This document shows positions 18,302 through 27,672 of a stretch of DNA of 64,000 nucleotides, in pieces. Below the pieces are notes generated by a model, which was given only the letters and a program-made list of their open reading frames with translations, was not told where the DNA came from and searched no databases. Made by a program: the position numbers and the translations under genes. Source of the stretch: a virus. The DNA is taken from the IMG/VR virus record IMGVR_UViG_3300028844_006278. One strand, given 5' to 3'. Within the stretch, counting starts at the first letter, position 1, and the number at the start of each line of letters is the position of its first letter.

Positions 18302-19891
18302 CTAATTGTTGAACTGTGTATGTTCCGGCAGTTCTGACAGAAGTGTGCCGGACAGGTCCATACCTACCCACGAGGCCTCGTACAAAGGCTCACCGTCTGA
18401 AGTGAATCTGTCGGAATCGTTATCCTCTTTAGTCCTCAGACCGCCCAGTGTAATATCGGTATGGATAAACGGCTGGCCGCCTTGGCCCGCATCGCACGTA
18501 AAAATAGTCCTCACTACCTGTCCGACATACGACACGCCTCCCAGGGCAGATACAGGAGATCCGTCGTCGAACAGGCCCTTTACCTCTAAGATAGATCCCG
18601 GCATTATGTCTACCCGAAACGGCACCCTCACAGTAGCTGCGGTATTCTTTACCTGTTCCTCTCCGAATGCCGTTCGAAGGACTTTGGTAGATATAGCTCC
18701 TGCATTCTCGGCCGCCTCTCCTAAGGTGGCCGTAGAGTCCGAAGGAGCGTTCAGCAAACTTCTCAGCGGGATAAGGAACCGGGGATATGTCTTCTGGAAG
18801 TAGTAGGTGTTAGGTAGAGGCTTCCCGTCCTCTGTCGTCGGGAAGAATAGGGTATTTCTGATAGCTCCAACCAATGCGATGACATTCTCTTTTACGATGC
18901 GTACTCCGCGTACTTGCTGGTTAATATCTGCGCGCTTTGTGCGGGATACGGTAACGTACTCCGAAGGTCTGAGGGAGGTAGTTACGTTCTTATTTAGCGG
19001 ATAGGCTGCTGCAATGTAGAGTCCTTGGGCATACGGCAGGATACGTATATTGAAGTACGCACACACTCTCTTCAGGGCATCCAAGCAGTTAGACGACCTC
19101 CATTGCTCGAGGAATGCTTCCACTGCCTCCCTACCTATAGTTGTAGCGAGAAGCTCCGTGGCAGGTATACTCGTAAGGTTGGTCGGGTCATACGTCTTTA
19201 TTAAGTCTGCCTCTGCAGATCCGTCGCCTCGGTCGAACTCGCTGTGCAGGGCCTGCACTGCCTTCTTTAGCACTCTAGCTGGATACAAGGCCTCCGAGGG
19301 GCCCAGCTGTAGCGACTGCTCCCCCACCTCCTCGGATACTCCTAGCAGGCTGTCCGTTATCGCCTGTGTACGCAGAGGGTTCTTTGCGGCGGGCTGCAGA
19401 TTCAGATCCAAGTCTGTGCCTCCACCCGCATAGACATATGTGCTACTGGCTGCTCCACCAAGAATGCTGGCGATATGGGCTATCTCCAAATTTATTGATA
19501 CCCGATTGGAGGGGCCGGACGCGCTGTCCTGAAGACTAACTGTCGAGACGATTCCTCGTATTACGGTGACTCTACGAGGCGCTCCGATCTCCTCTCCGGG
19601 GAACCGCAGAAGTACTACGAGTTCGCACGGGGCTCCCTCTAGTTTAGCCTGCAGCTCTCCGTCCATCGATAGCCGGCTACCTACTCCTATGCGTGTACCG
19701 AATGCAGGGACTGCGCGGGCAGTAGGTAAGCTATTTACCTCGTAGCTGGCGGAGAACGACGTGAGGGGTAACGTCTCGTAGGGCTCAGACTCGAATACAC
19801 TGGTCCCTAACGGCTCAGCCGGGTCCGCCTCGTATATCTCGAGGTAGCTGTCCTCGATCTTATATCGTTTGAAGTTAAGCTGAGGAGGCAT
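18302..19891 (-). CDS. Putative baseplate hub (gp27/gpD-like)
   Basis: Start refined to ATG 19891 (MPPQLNF); SFSASYEVNSLPTA and VRVPFRVDIMPGSILEV...YVGQVVRT; lies downstream of the TMP. Confidence 0.6.
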   Translation of the reverse strand: MPPQLNFKRYKIEDSYLEIYEADPAEPLGTSVFESEPYETLPLTSFSASYEVNSLPTARAVPAFGTRIGVGSRLSMDGELQAKLEGAPCELVVLLRFPGEEIGAPRRVTVIRGIVSTVSLQDSASGPSNRVSINLEIAHIASILGGAASSTYVYAGGGTDLDLNLQPAAKNPLRTQAITDSLLGVSEEVGEQSLQLGPSEALYPARVLKKAVQALHSEFDRGDGSAEADLIKTYDPTNLTSIPATELLATTIGREAVEAFLEQWRSSNCLDALKRVCAYFNIRILPYAQGLYIAAAYPLNKNVTTSLRPSEYVTVSRTKRADINQQVRGVRIVKENVIALVGAIRNTLFFPTTEDGKPLPNTYYFQKTYPRFLIPLRSLLNAPSDSTATLGEAAENAGAISTKVLRTAFGEEQVKNTAATVRVPFRVDIMPGSILEVKGLFDDGSPVSALGGVSYVGQVVRTIFTCDAGQGGQPFIHTDITLGGLRTKEDNDSDRFTSDGEPLYEASWVGMDLSGTLLSELPEHTQFNN

Positions 19892-20594
19892 TGTGGCAGA
19901 GCTCCACAGCAGATATCGCAAATGCTGCCAGTTTATTAGACCACAGGGGATCTGATTTCCACGTATCCTCCAGGTCCGGGTCGGACCATGCGGCGGGTAT
20001 GGCTGCCGCCTTGGATAATAGGTCCGCGTAATCTGTCTTTGGCAGGACGGTCTTAGACACGGTGAACTCGTACGGCGATGCTGATGCAAAGTCGCTCTGC
20101 ATACGAACCCGTACCCCTGGATAGATCGTCACATATGAGCTTAGGTTCCCGGTAACGGTGTACGATCCAGACGTCCACTCTGAGGACACTGTATTCGTAG
20201 TGGTGTCTATCGAGCAGGACATGGATACCGAGGCCCGTCCTTCATCTAAGAATACCTCGTCATCAGAGAACAGGAAGATCCGCAGATCTGTAGGCTGAGC
20301 AGTAATCTCTATTGACAGGTCCGAGCTCGGGAAAGTCAGAGTAGCCTTGTCGTAGGTATTTACCGGATCGATGGCCTGTAGTCTATCGGCGAAGGGGGAT
20401 CGGCGGACGAGCTCGAGAATACCCTCTGCCCGATGAGATCTAAGTAGGTCGTCCGAGAACGGACATAGGATGTCCAGCATACGCACTGCTGCGGCAGATG
20501 AATCTGTGTACGCCGATGCATCTACTTTACGAGAGGAGGTAGGGTCTGCGTATGCGGAGCCTTTGGAGAGTACGGACCAGGCTTGGTTAATCAT
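19875..20594 (-). CDS. Hypothetical tail/baseplate protein
   Basis: Start refined to ATG 20594 (MINQAWS); the track start at 20645 falls inside the palindrome. Confidence 0.65.
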   Translation of the reverse strand: MINQAWSVLSKGSAYADPTSSRKVDASAYTDSSAAAVRMLDILCPFSDDLLRSHRAEGILELVRRSPFADRLQAIDPVNTYDKATLTFPSSDLSIEITAQPTDLRIFLFSDDEVFLDEGRASVSMSCSIDTTTNTVSSEWTSGSYTVTGNLSSYVTIYPGVRVRMQSDFASASPYEFTVSKTVLPKTDYADLLSKAAAIPAAWSDPDLEDTWKSDPLWSNKLAAFAISAVELCHNASSA

Positions 20595-20636
20595 CTTTAC
20601 ATATGTCCTTGTGTTAGTGTCCGACGTACGGACGCA

Positions 20637-20658
20637 ATCTAGCATACGTATGCTAGAT
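20637..20658. promoter_or_regulatory. Perfect 22-bp palindrome ATCTAGCATACGTATGCTAGAT
   Basis: Read directly; the 16-bp core is identical to 38962-38977. Confidence 0.75.
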
Positions 20659-21158
20659 CACGCACCTCCGCCGTTCTGTTTTATGCGGCCTAGGAGCTGT
20701 AAGCTGAACCGCATCTGCCCTACGTCGGATTTCGAGAACGATGGAATATTCATAGATATGATGTAGGCCTCGACTACCAATCCGCTGAAGGATAGCTTCA
20801 CCGATTTGTTGTCCGGGCTGGCGATATTGTATTTTTCGTACAGCTTGTAGAATCCCGGAGGATCGTTAGGCGTGCCTTGTTGGGCCGCGTCGCCGTTCGG
20901 ACATCGCTTAGCGGGCACAAATACCCCGTCCAGCGTCCACGACGACAATCTCTGGCTAAAGACGTTAAGATAGGCATCTGGGCCCAGGCTATACATAATC
21001 TGATAATTCGGAGCTACACTTCCTCCGAAGTTACTCACGAACAGATCTCCGTCTAGCTCCGCTCCATCTACGTCGGATATGGTGAGTAAGGATTTGCCAT
21101 CTCCGTACTTATCCAAACCTACCGAGATCTGAGGTTCTTCGTATAGCGGCGTTCTCAT
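20658..21158 (-). CDS. Tail tube-like initiator protein
   Basis: LFVSNFGGSVAPNYQIMYSLG...WTLDG pattern parallels the tube 27139..27657; directly follows the TMP. Confidence 0.55.
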   Translation of the reverse strand: MRTPLYEEPQISVGLDKYGDGKSLLTISDVDGAELDGDLFVSNFGGSVAPNYQIMYSLGPDAYLNVFSQRLSSWTLDGVFVPAKRCPNGDAAQQGTPNDPPGFYKLYEKYNIASPDNKSVKLSFSGLVVEAYIISMNIPSFSKSDVGQMRFSLQLLGRIKQNGGGA

Positions 21159-23518
21159 TACACTCCTCCTCCAGTCTTTACGGTTCCTTGATCGCCGGCC
21201 GGGTTATTAACCATAAGACCTAGGAGACTTGCCAGCGTATTGAGTACCGCTATAAGTTTAGCAGTCCAGTCCGTATTCTCGTCCTCATATGCGGCGTCGT
21301 ATACGTTCTTCTTCTCCCGGGCAGTCTGTCCGTAGGCTTTCATAAAGTCTGACCTGCTCATCATGCCTTTTTCGCCGAACTTAAACTCGCCGCCGGTCTT
21401 GAGCGCCTCTCTATAGGCCGCGGCTGTTTCGAAGAAGCTGGCTTCTTGATCATCGTCTAGTCCGGCTATTTCGAACGAGTCTTTATCTAAAGACCCTATC
21501 GCCCCAAGCGCTAAGTATTTTGCAGCGTCCTGCTTATCGCTGATAGAGACGCCGTTCAGTCCTCCTTCCGACTCTGTCAGCGCCTCTATCATACTTTTGT
21601 TTAATTCTCCGGGTGCCGAGACTTTAGCCGCGAATGCCCGGGCGGCGGACTGCTGATCTTCTAGTGTTTCTGCGGAGAAGATAGCTCTAGCAGCTAGTTG
21701 TTGGTCGGCAGTCATTCTGTTTCCGGCAATCTTATTAGTAACCAAGGCGCTTGCCGCTAAAGATGCAGAGTCTGCCGCTAAGCCGCCTCCTTTTTGTAGG
21801 CCCTCGAGTCCGCTGAAATAGTTCTTGAAATCGCCTCCTTCTAGATCCGCGTTGCCGGTTAGGAGGCGGTAGATATTCTTATCGCTATTTGCTAGATCAC
21901 CGCTCTGAGCCATCTCTATGATCGCCCCTAGTCCAAATGCCTTTCCTTTACCGGACACTGCATCTTTGAACTCGGTCTGCTCTTGGATGCTGTCCCGTAT
22001 CCTACCCAGCTCAGCGTCGTTGCGAATAGACGAGGCGTATTTATCCAGAGCCTCTGCTCCTTGGAATCCCATAGCTCTGGCCTGTACTCCGAATGCTCGC
22101 CGCAGAGCTCCTCGTCCCGCTACGTCTAGCCCTAGGCCTTCTGCGATGTTGGACATAGTCATAGGGCCTGTTATGCCGGAAACTGCTTCTGCCCCGTACA
22201 CACGAGTAAGGTAGTTACGTCGAGTATCGTCCAGCGCGGCAATCCCTCCGCGCATGGCCTCCAATCCTCCTACGCCGTCTTCAGCCCTCAGAGTTGCTGC
22301 TTCCTGGGAGAATCCGGCAGCTCGGATATCTTCGGCAGACAGTCCGGTAACTTCGGCGATATCTGATAAGCTGCGTATTTCTCCGTTGGCTACTCCCGCC
22401 TGTATTATCGCTTTTTGTTCTTCGTCTATGGCGTATGCCCCGGAGATATCTCTAGCGAAGTCGCTATACATAGCTCCGGTGGTCTGCTTCAAAAGGGTCC
22501 GGCGATACTGCGAAGAGTTTATGAACTTATTGGTGCCCGTAACACGTCCAACGGCCTCTTGCTCTGCGAAGAGCATGGCAGCCGACGCTGAGTTGAGAGA
22601 CCCTAGTCCGGCTCTATTAGACAGGCCCGCCGACTCTGCCATAGCCGCCTGAAGCTGAGAAGGGGAAGTGCTGGTAACAAATCCCGTGGTCCCCAGCCTC
22701 TGCGCTAAGGATCTGCCTGCGTCGTCGAAGGTCGCTGCAACGTCTGTACCCAGTAGCGAGTTCACACTGTCCATAACCTGCGTGACAGATCCCTGGAATA
22801 CAGACCGGAATTCCGAGATAGACTGGGAGGTCTTCTGCACTAGCGCGACTGTCTTTGCTTTTATGTCCTCCGCACTATCGTCTCCTGACAGTATGTCGGA
22901 GAACCCGCCCGTGCGCGCTAGTTCGGAGTATACGATCCCTACGTCTCGGCCCCTCATGCCTCCGTACGCTGATATGTTCGCGGGGAAATCTGCAGCTAAG
23001 CCCGTGGCCATGTTTCGGGCAATGCCTAAACGATCGTCGTCGGCGCCTCCGAATCCGGCCATAATGCCCATATATCTACCGCCGCTGCCGATGCCGGCCA
23101 GTAGTTGATCGGTCTGCAGTCGAGCGAACCCTGCTCCGGCAAGTAGTCCGAACGCATTGGATCCGGTAGCCGAAGGTCCTCCGAACATGTACGACGCAGC
23201 CTGGCTTGTGAATTTTTCCCGGGCTTTGTTTAGCTCTATATTGGCGTCTTCGTATACTGTCTGTATGACGTCGCGCTGGGCTTGGATGAAAAACTCGGAT
23301 CCGACATCAGTTGGTGCGAACATCCCCTGCGCGCCGAAGGCGTACGGATTTGAGTTATTTCCCCCGAACCTTGCGCTGGCCCCTAGATACTGCTCGAGCT
23401 TAGGAGTGAACGCCTGCACGATCTGGGCTGCTATTCCGGAGTCTCCGAAGATCTGGCTGAGCTTCTGGAGAAGGATCTCCATCTCGCTTACACCTGAATA
23501 GTCTTCTTGTGGAGGCAT
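21158..23518 (-). CDS. Tape measure protein
   Basis: 786 aa, Ala/Gly-rich and helical, follows the chaperone pair. Confidence 0.75.
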   Translation of the reverse strand: MPPQEDYSGVSEMEILLQKLSQIFGDSGIAAQIVQAFTPKLEQYLGASARFGGNNSNPYAFGAQGMFAPTDVGSEFFIQAQRDVIQTVYEDANIELNKAREKFTSQAASYMFGGPSATGSNAFGLLAGAGFARLQTDQLLAGIGSGGRYMGIMAGFGGADDDRLGIARNMATGLAADFPANISAYGGMRGRDVGIVYSELARTGGFSDILSGDDSAEDIKAKTVALVQKTSQSISEFRSVFQGSVTQVMDSVNSLLGTDVAATFDDAGRSLAQRLGTTGFVTSTSPSQLQAAMAESAGLSNRAGLGSLNSASAAMLFAEQEAVGRVTGTNKFINSSQYRRTLLKQTTGAMYSDFARDISGAYAIDEEQKAIIQAGVANGEIRSLSDIAEVTGLSAEDIRAAGFSQEAATLRAEDGVGGLEAMRGGIAALDDTRRNYLTRVYGAEAVSGITGPMTMSNIAEGLGLDVAGRGALRRAFGVQARAMGFQGAEALDKYASSIRNDAELGRIRDSIQEQTEFKDAVSGKGKAFGLGAIIEMAQSGDLANSDKNIYRLLTGNADLEGGDFKNYFSGLEGLQKGGGLAADSASLAASALVTNKIAGNRMTADQQLAARAIFSAETLEDQQSAARAFAAKVSAPGELNKSMIEALTESEGGLNGVSISDKQDAAKYLALGAIGSLDKDSFEIAGLDDDQEASFFETAAAYREALKTGGEFKFGEKGMMSRSDFMKAYGQTAREKKNVYDAAYEDENTDWTAKLIAVLNTLASLLGLMVNNPAGDQGTVKTGGGV

Positions 23519-23526
23519 ACTTTAGT

Positions 23527-23814
23527 CTACTCTGTATCCTTAAGGGGTTTTCCGGTGACCGCGTGCACAATCTCGTCGAAATTGTCGATAAGGTTCTGTA
23601 TTTCTGGAGATATCTCGGCTTGGCTGGGACTGTCCTCCGGGTCTTGCGATATCCACGGGAACTGGACGGCAGTCATCTTAGTTAAAACCGATTGTAGGTT
23701 TTCAAACTTCTGTTCCTGAATTATAGGCATAGCACCTACAGCCGAGGACCGGATATGGAGGGACTCCACTACCCGTCGTCGCTCGGCTTCCTCCAGCACG
23801 AGAGCCTCTCGCAC
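23527..23814 (-). CDS. Tail assembly chaperone, second (T-like) ORF; probably expressed by -1 frameshift
   Basis: Its frame stays open upstream into the end of 23883..24410 (FLEGRWARLTVSAFYDRALD...); the GTG start has no clear SD. Confidence 0.6.
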   Translation of the reverse strand: MREALVLEEAERRRVVESLHIRSSAVGAMPIIQEQKFENLQSVLTKMTAVQFPWISQDPEDSPSQAEISPEIQNLIDNFDEIVHAVTGKPLKDTE

Positions 23815-23882
23815 TAGACTTTCAGGATCGTCTCTCGATATAGTCGAGAGGTCTAAGGCTCTGTCGTAGAAGGCGCTAACCG

Positions 23883-24410
23883 TTAGGCGAGCCCAGCGCC
23901 CTTCCAGAAAGATGCGTCCATTCCTGCTGAAGGGAGGGCCTCTGCGAGACGAAGGAACTCCATGAGCACCCGCGTAACGATGACCGGGATATCTTCCCCC
24001 AGGCTTCCGAATCGTTTATTGTGCTCGACTTCCCACTCTTTAGGATCGAAGTCCAGTTCGAACTTCGTGCCGTTGAACTCCCGGCAATAGTATAAGCACT
24101 TAATCTTAATGCTTTGGGTAATCACTGCAACCTGGTCGTCGGACTCTACGGCTACGAGCGCCGTCTTCATCTGCTGCGCTTCGTCGGACGTAAGCATATC
24201 GAACCGTAAACTGAGCTGTCCGTCGAATAGTCCGTACGTCTTGGAGAACACCTTTCCGGATAAGAGGGCTCGTACGTACTCCTTCTTCTCGGCCTCGGTA
24301 GGTGCGATGACTTCTTCGCCCTCTAATTTATGCTGGCAGCGAGGGCATTTAGCAGCAATCTTGTCTGGGACTTCCTCTGGGACGTCCTTTGTGACTTCGT
24401 CTGGGGGCAT
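23883..24410 (-). CDS. Tail assembly chaperone (G-like) with N-terminal CxxC
   Basis: Lies before the TMP; KCPRCQH; ends ASFWKGAGLA. Confidence 0.65.
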   Translation of the reverse strand: MPPDEVTKDVPEEVPDKIAAKCPRCQHKLEGEEVIAPTEAEKKEYVRALLSGKVFSKTYGLFDGQLSLRFDMLTSDEAQQMKTALVAVESDDQVAVITQSIKIKCLYYCREFNGTKFELDFDPKEWEVEHNKRFGSLGEDIPVIVTRVLMEFLRLAEALPSAGMDASFWKGAGLA

Positions 24411-24439
24411 GATGTCTCCGGGTCTGGGTAATGTGTGGT

Positions 24440-27037
24440 CTACTTGTTTACCTTGTATTCGGACAAGGCTTTAGGCACTATACTGCCGTCATCGCTCTGT
24501 ACAAGGAGCGCATCCGGTGCATCGAATCTCTCCTTTCCTGGATAGGGATAGGTCTCACCTATAACGGCGTGCACGACTGCCTGCTCCTGCCAAGTATTCT
24601 CTGTATCTAGGATGGTCTGCCACTTAGGGGCTACCAGAGAGAAGGAGCTCGCGCCGTATACGGCAGATCCACTGCTCGGAAAGGCAAATGAGGAGGATCG
24701 CTGTCCTTTTTGCGTAGCGAGTCCCTTATTGATAAAGTCCTCGTACAGTAGCCGCAAGGATGTAGTAAACAGTGACGTAACGTCCTCGTACTCTTCGATG
24801 TTGCCTGCTTCGGGTACCGCGAGCTCTATCGAGATGCGTCTTCCTATAGTGATCGGATCTACGTTAGCCCCGTCGTTCGATACGACGCTCTTCTCGGATA
24901 GAATCTGTCCTTTAGCTAACACAGAGCCTCGCAGGCCTATATCTCCGTTGATCTCTACTCGAGGATCTTCTCTTGGGAGGTCTGAAACCTTATCGGCTAC
25001 GCCGGAGGCCTCGAGGGCCGGATTGTTTATAGCTCCACCGGCCTTGTCGACTGTGAGGAGCGGAGTAACTACACTGATAGGTCCTCTGGATATAGATAGG
25101 ATGGAGTTATCTCGCATGAATATACCTGTGGCGCTCTCCAACATAGTGAGGGAGGCCGACTGGGCGTAGGACATGAAGAGATTTTGGCCTCGGAGAGTGG
25201 TGCTGCCATTGCCCGAGTCGAATAGGATATCGCAGGTAGTCGTATCCGACTCTACCCCTCTATCGCTACCTTCTCCGTCTACGTCCGAGGAGTACCCGGA
25301 TCCGTATATGTGGCTGCCGAGGATAGACACTCCTGAGCTTGGAGCCTTAAGCTGTATACCGGATCCGAACGGCAGCCCTTCGTTTAAGGCCTGTTCGTCG
25401 ATGTCGTTGAGAGAGCCCTGCTCGGATCTATTTTCTAGAGTCAACATTCCCCCCGAACTACCACCGGATAGCATCTGTAGGTTCCCCTCTGCCTTTATGG
25501 CAATAGATCCTTCTGTAGAGGATACCTCTACCCGGCCCTTGGTTCTGTTGATGCGATTTCCGGGAACCTGCTCTATCAAATCTCTTCCGGGAAGTATCTC
25601 GACGTCTCCGATAGAGGCTATCGTTACCCTACCTCGGTTCATACGGATCTCGCCTCCGTATCCGTCCCCCAGCACTAGTCCCCCGTCATCCGACATAAGG
25701 AATACGGAGCTGTTCTTGAATAGCTTCACCTTCCTGCCCGGGTAGATCTCCTTATCTTCCGACACTAGGTCTGCGATTGTGTATTCGCTCTCCTGGGACT
25801 CTAGCGGGCGTACTTTTGTGGTAGATTCTCCCGGGAATACGGCCTCTCTTACCTCCTCTATGGTGGGGAAGTGCCAGATTCCGTCGTCTTTCCGAAGGCC
25901 CTGGAAGTAGGTAGTAGCCTCTTCATAGGTCGCGAACTCGTCGTGCATGAGAGGCATCAGTCTGTACACCTCGTCAATGCTAGACAGACCGAACGCCTCT
26001 CTCAGACGCTCTGCGTCGGATAGATCGGAGTATTCTGCAGGGAAGTCGTTGCCTTCTGCCGGCGCTGCGCATGCAATGTCCTCCTTCTTCCAAGGAGATA
26101 CGATTGCATAAGTCTTCTCTAGCTTTATCTCCTTTGCCGCCCGGACTCGGTATATGCCGTCCATTCGCTGTAGGACAGATAATGTTCCCGGATACGTCTC
26201 TTCTCCGAAGGTATATGGGCCGCCTTCGCTGAAGTCTGTACGCATGGTATCGTAGACACCTTCCGATGCACCTCCACGGAACGCCTGGTGCCGGAACAGC
26301 CCTGTAGCGTTCTCAGTAGCTGGGACGATAGACGTAGTGCCGTCCTCGTTCTCGTACTCTTGCAAGGCACTTTGTCCGCCTATAGCCTCTAAGATCGATA
26401 GGGCGTACTGCTCGACGTCTGTGGCAACGTCTCCTCGATGTATTGACTCCCGTAGGTAGGACAGGTGATCCTGAACATAGTTCCTGGCGGTGAGGTCTGC
26501 TTGGGAGTCTATTCCGCTGAAGGTAATGGCGCAATCCGGAGCTATTCCCGCCTTGCACATGAACTCCGATAAGAGGAAGATGCCGCCCAAAGCTGTCGAC
26601 TTATACCAATCGCCGGGCTGGGCATCTGTGAATCTATTACTAGACCTGCTTTGTCTAAGGTCTGAGGAGGGTCCGGAAGTCTTCACGACCTCCCTATATG
26701 CAGCGTTATTCTCCACGCCTGCGAGGGACCCCTCCTGTATCGATAGTCCGGAGAACACACTGCCTTCCTGCTTGGGGAAAACGTCGAACGAGCCGATAAT
26801 AAGGTTAGGGGAGAGGAAGTACTGTGCTAAGGCCGAGGCCTCGCGCAGTTTAGCTATCAGCACTACTCCGCCCGGGGAGTAACATGTGCCGCTAGTGTGG
26901 CCGCCGCGACGAGAGCTTCCTGTCTCTAAGGCCGCTGCGGTTATTGATTGGCCCTCTATCTCAACGAAATAGTGGTTGGCGTAGGCCCCTGCAACTATTA
27001 CGCGCCCTATATGTAGGGATATCTGTCCTTCCTGCAT
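24440..27037 (-). CDS. Putative central spike (gp5/VgrG-like)
   Basis: N-terminal OB-like segment (GRVIVAG...YSPGGVVLIA) and beta-repeats SVFLMSDDGGLVLGDGYGGEIRMNRGRVTIASIGDVEI. Confidence 0.55.
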   Translation of the reverse strand: MQEGQISLHIGRVIVAGAYANHYFVEIEGQSITAAALETGSSRRGGHTSGTCYSPGGVVLIAKLREASALAQYFLSPNLIIGSFDVFPKQEGSVFSGLSIQEGSLAGVENNAAYREVVKTSGPSSDLRQSRSSNRFTDAQPGDWYKSTALGGIFLLSEFMCKAGIAPDCAITFSGIDSQADLTARNYVQDHLSYLRESIHRGDVATDVEQYALSILEAIGGQSALQEYENEDGTTSIVPATENATGLFRHQAFRGGASEGVYDTMRTDFSEGGPYTFGEETYPGTLSVLQRMDGIYRVRAAKEIKLEKTYAIVSPWKKEDIACAAPAEGNDFPAEYSDLSDAERLREAFGLSSIDEVYRLMPLMHDEFATYEEATTYFQGLRKDDGIWHFPTIEEVREAVFPGESTTKVRPLESQESEYTIADLVSEDKEIYPGRKVKLFKNSSVFLMSDDGGLVLGDGYGGEIRMNRGRVTIASIGDVEILPGRDLIEQVPGNRINRTKGRVEVSSTEGSIAIKAEGNLQMLSGGSSGGMLTLENRSEQGSLNDIDEQALNEGLPFGSGIQLKAPSSGVSILGSHIYGSGYSSDVDGEGSDRGVESDTTTCDILFDSGNGSTTLRGQNLFMSYAQSASLTMLESATGIFMRDNSILSISRGPISVVTPLLTVDKAGGAINNPALEASGVADKVSDLPREDPRVEINGDIGLRGSVLAKGQILSEKSVVSNDGANVDPITIGRRISIELAVPEAGNIEEYEDVTSLFTTSLRLLYEDFINKGLATQKGQRSSSFAFPSSGSAVYGASSFSLVAPKWQTILDTENTWQEQAVVHAVIGETYPYPGKERFDAPDALLVQSDDGSIVPKALSEYKVNK

Positions 27038-27138
27038 CGTACTCCTATCCTCCTATGAAAACCGCAAGCTAAGTCTTCTATGCAGGAACAGAGTACAAGG
27101 ACATGCACAATATGCAAGGGCCTCTGCCCTCTCGGACT

Positions 27139-27657
27139 CTAGCGAGAGTTAGAGTCCACGGTCAGTTTAAGCACCTGGAGGGTGACATTGGCGTTAACGA
27201 CAGTAATGCCACCCCCTCCGTTGCTGACGGTCATACCGAAGTTGTTGATAAGGCACCCTTCGCATACAAAGCTCTGCGAGTTGGACCTCTCAGTCGCCGT
27301 ACAGTTACCGTTCGCGTCGGTATACGTTCCCGGGCCGGTAGGCTTCAGGACGATAACACGCTTCTCGAACCCGCAGATCTTACCGAAGTCCTCGAGGAAG
27401 TTCTTAATAGTTCCTTGCGGACCGATGATCGTACCCAAGCTGAGAGTGCCGTTAGACTCTCCCGAGATGATATGGGTAAGCGGGCTGTTGAGCGGGGTAA
27501 TTTGTGACGTAGACCGACGATATGCCAGGTTCACGGACGTTATGATCAGGTCATCGAGCGACGCGCTCTGTCCACGGTCCCCGAAGGATATAACCGCACC
27601 GTCCAAGTTCCACGCTTGGCCTATATTCCTATCGATTCCAAATACATCTTGTGCCAT
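27139..27657 (-). CDS. Tail tube protein
   Basis: 172 aa, beta-rich, directly after the sheath; GGAGG SD. Confidence 0.78.
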   Translation of the reverse strand: MAQDVFGIDRNIGQAWNLDGAVISFGDRGQSASLDDLIITSVNLAYRRSTSQITPLNSPLTHIISGESNGTLSLGTIIGPQGTIKNFLEDFGKICGFEKRVIVLKPTGPGTYTDANGNCTATERSNSQSFVCEGCLINNFGMTVSNGGGGITVVNANVTLQVLKLTVDSNSR

Positions 27658-27672
27658 TTTAATATCCTCCTA

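Noticed and set aside
27100-27138. Terminator after the tube gene (AGGGC-AGAG-GCCCT)
   Set aside because: Only a 5-bp stem with no U-tract.
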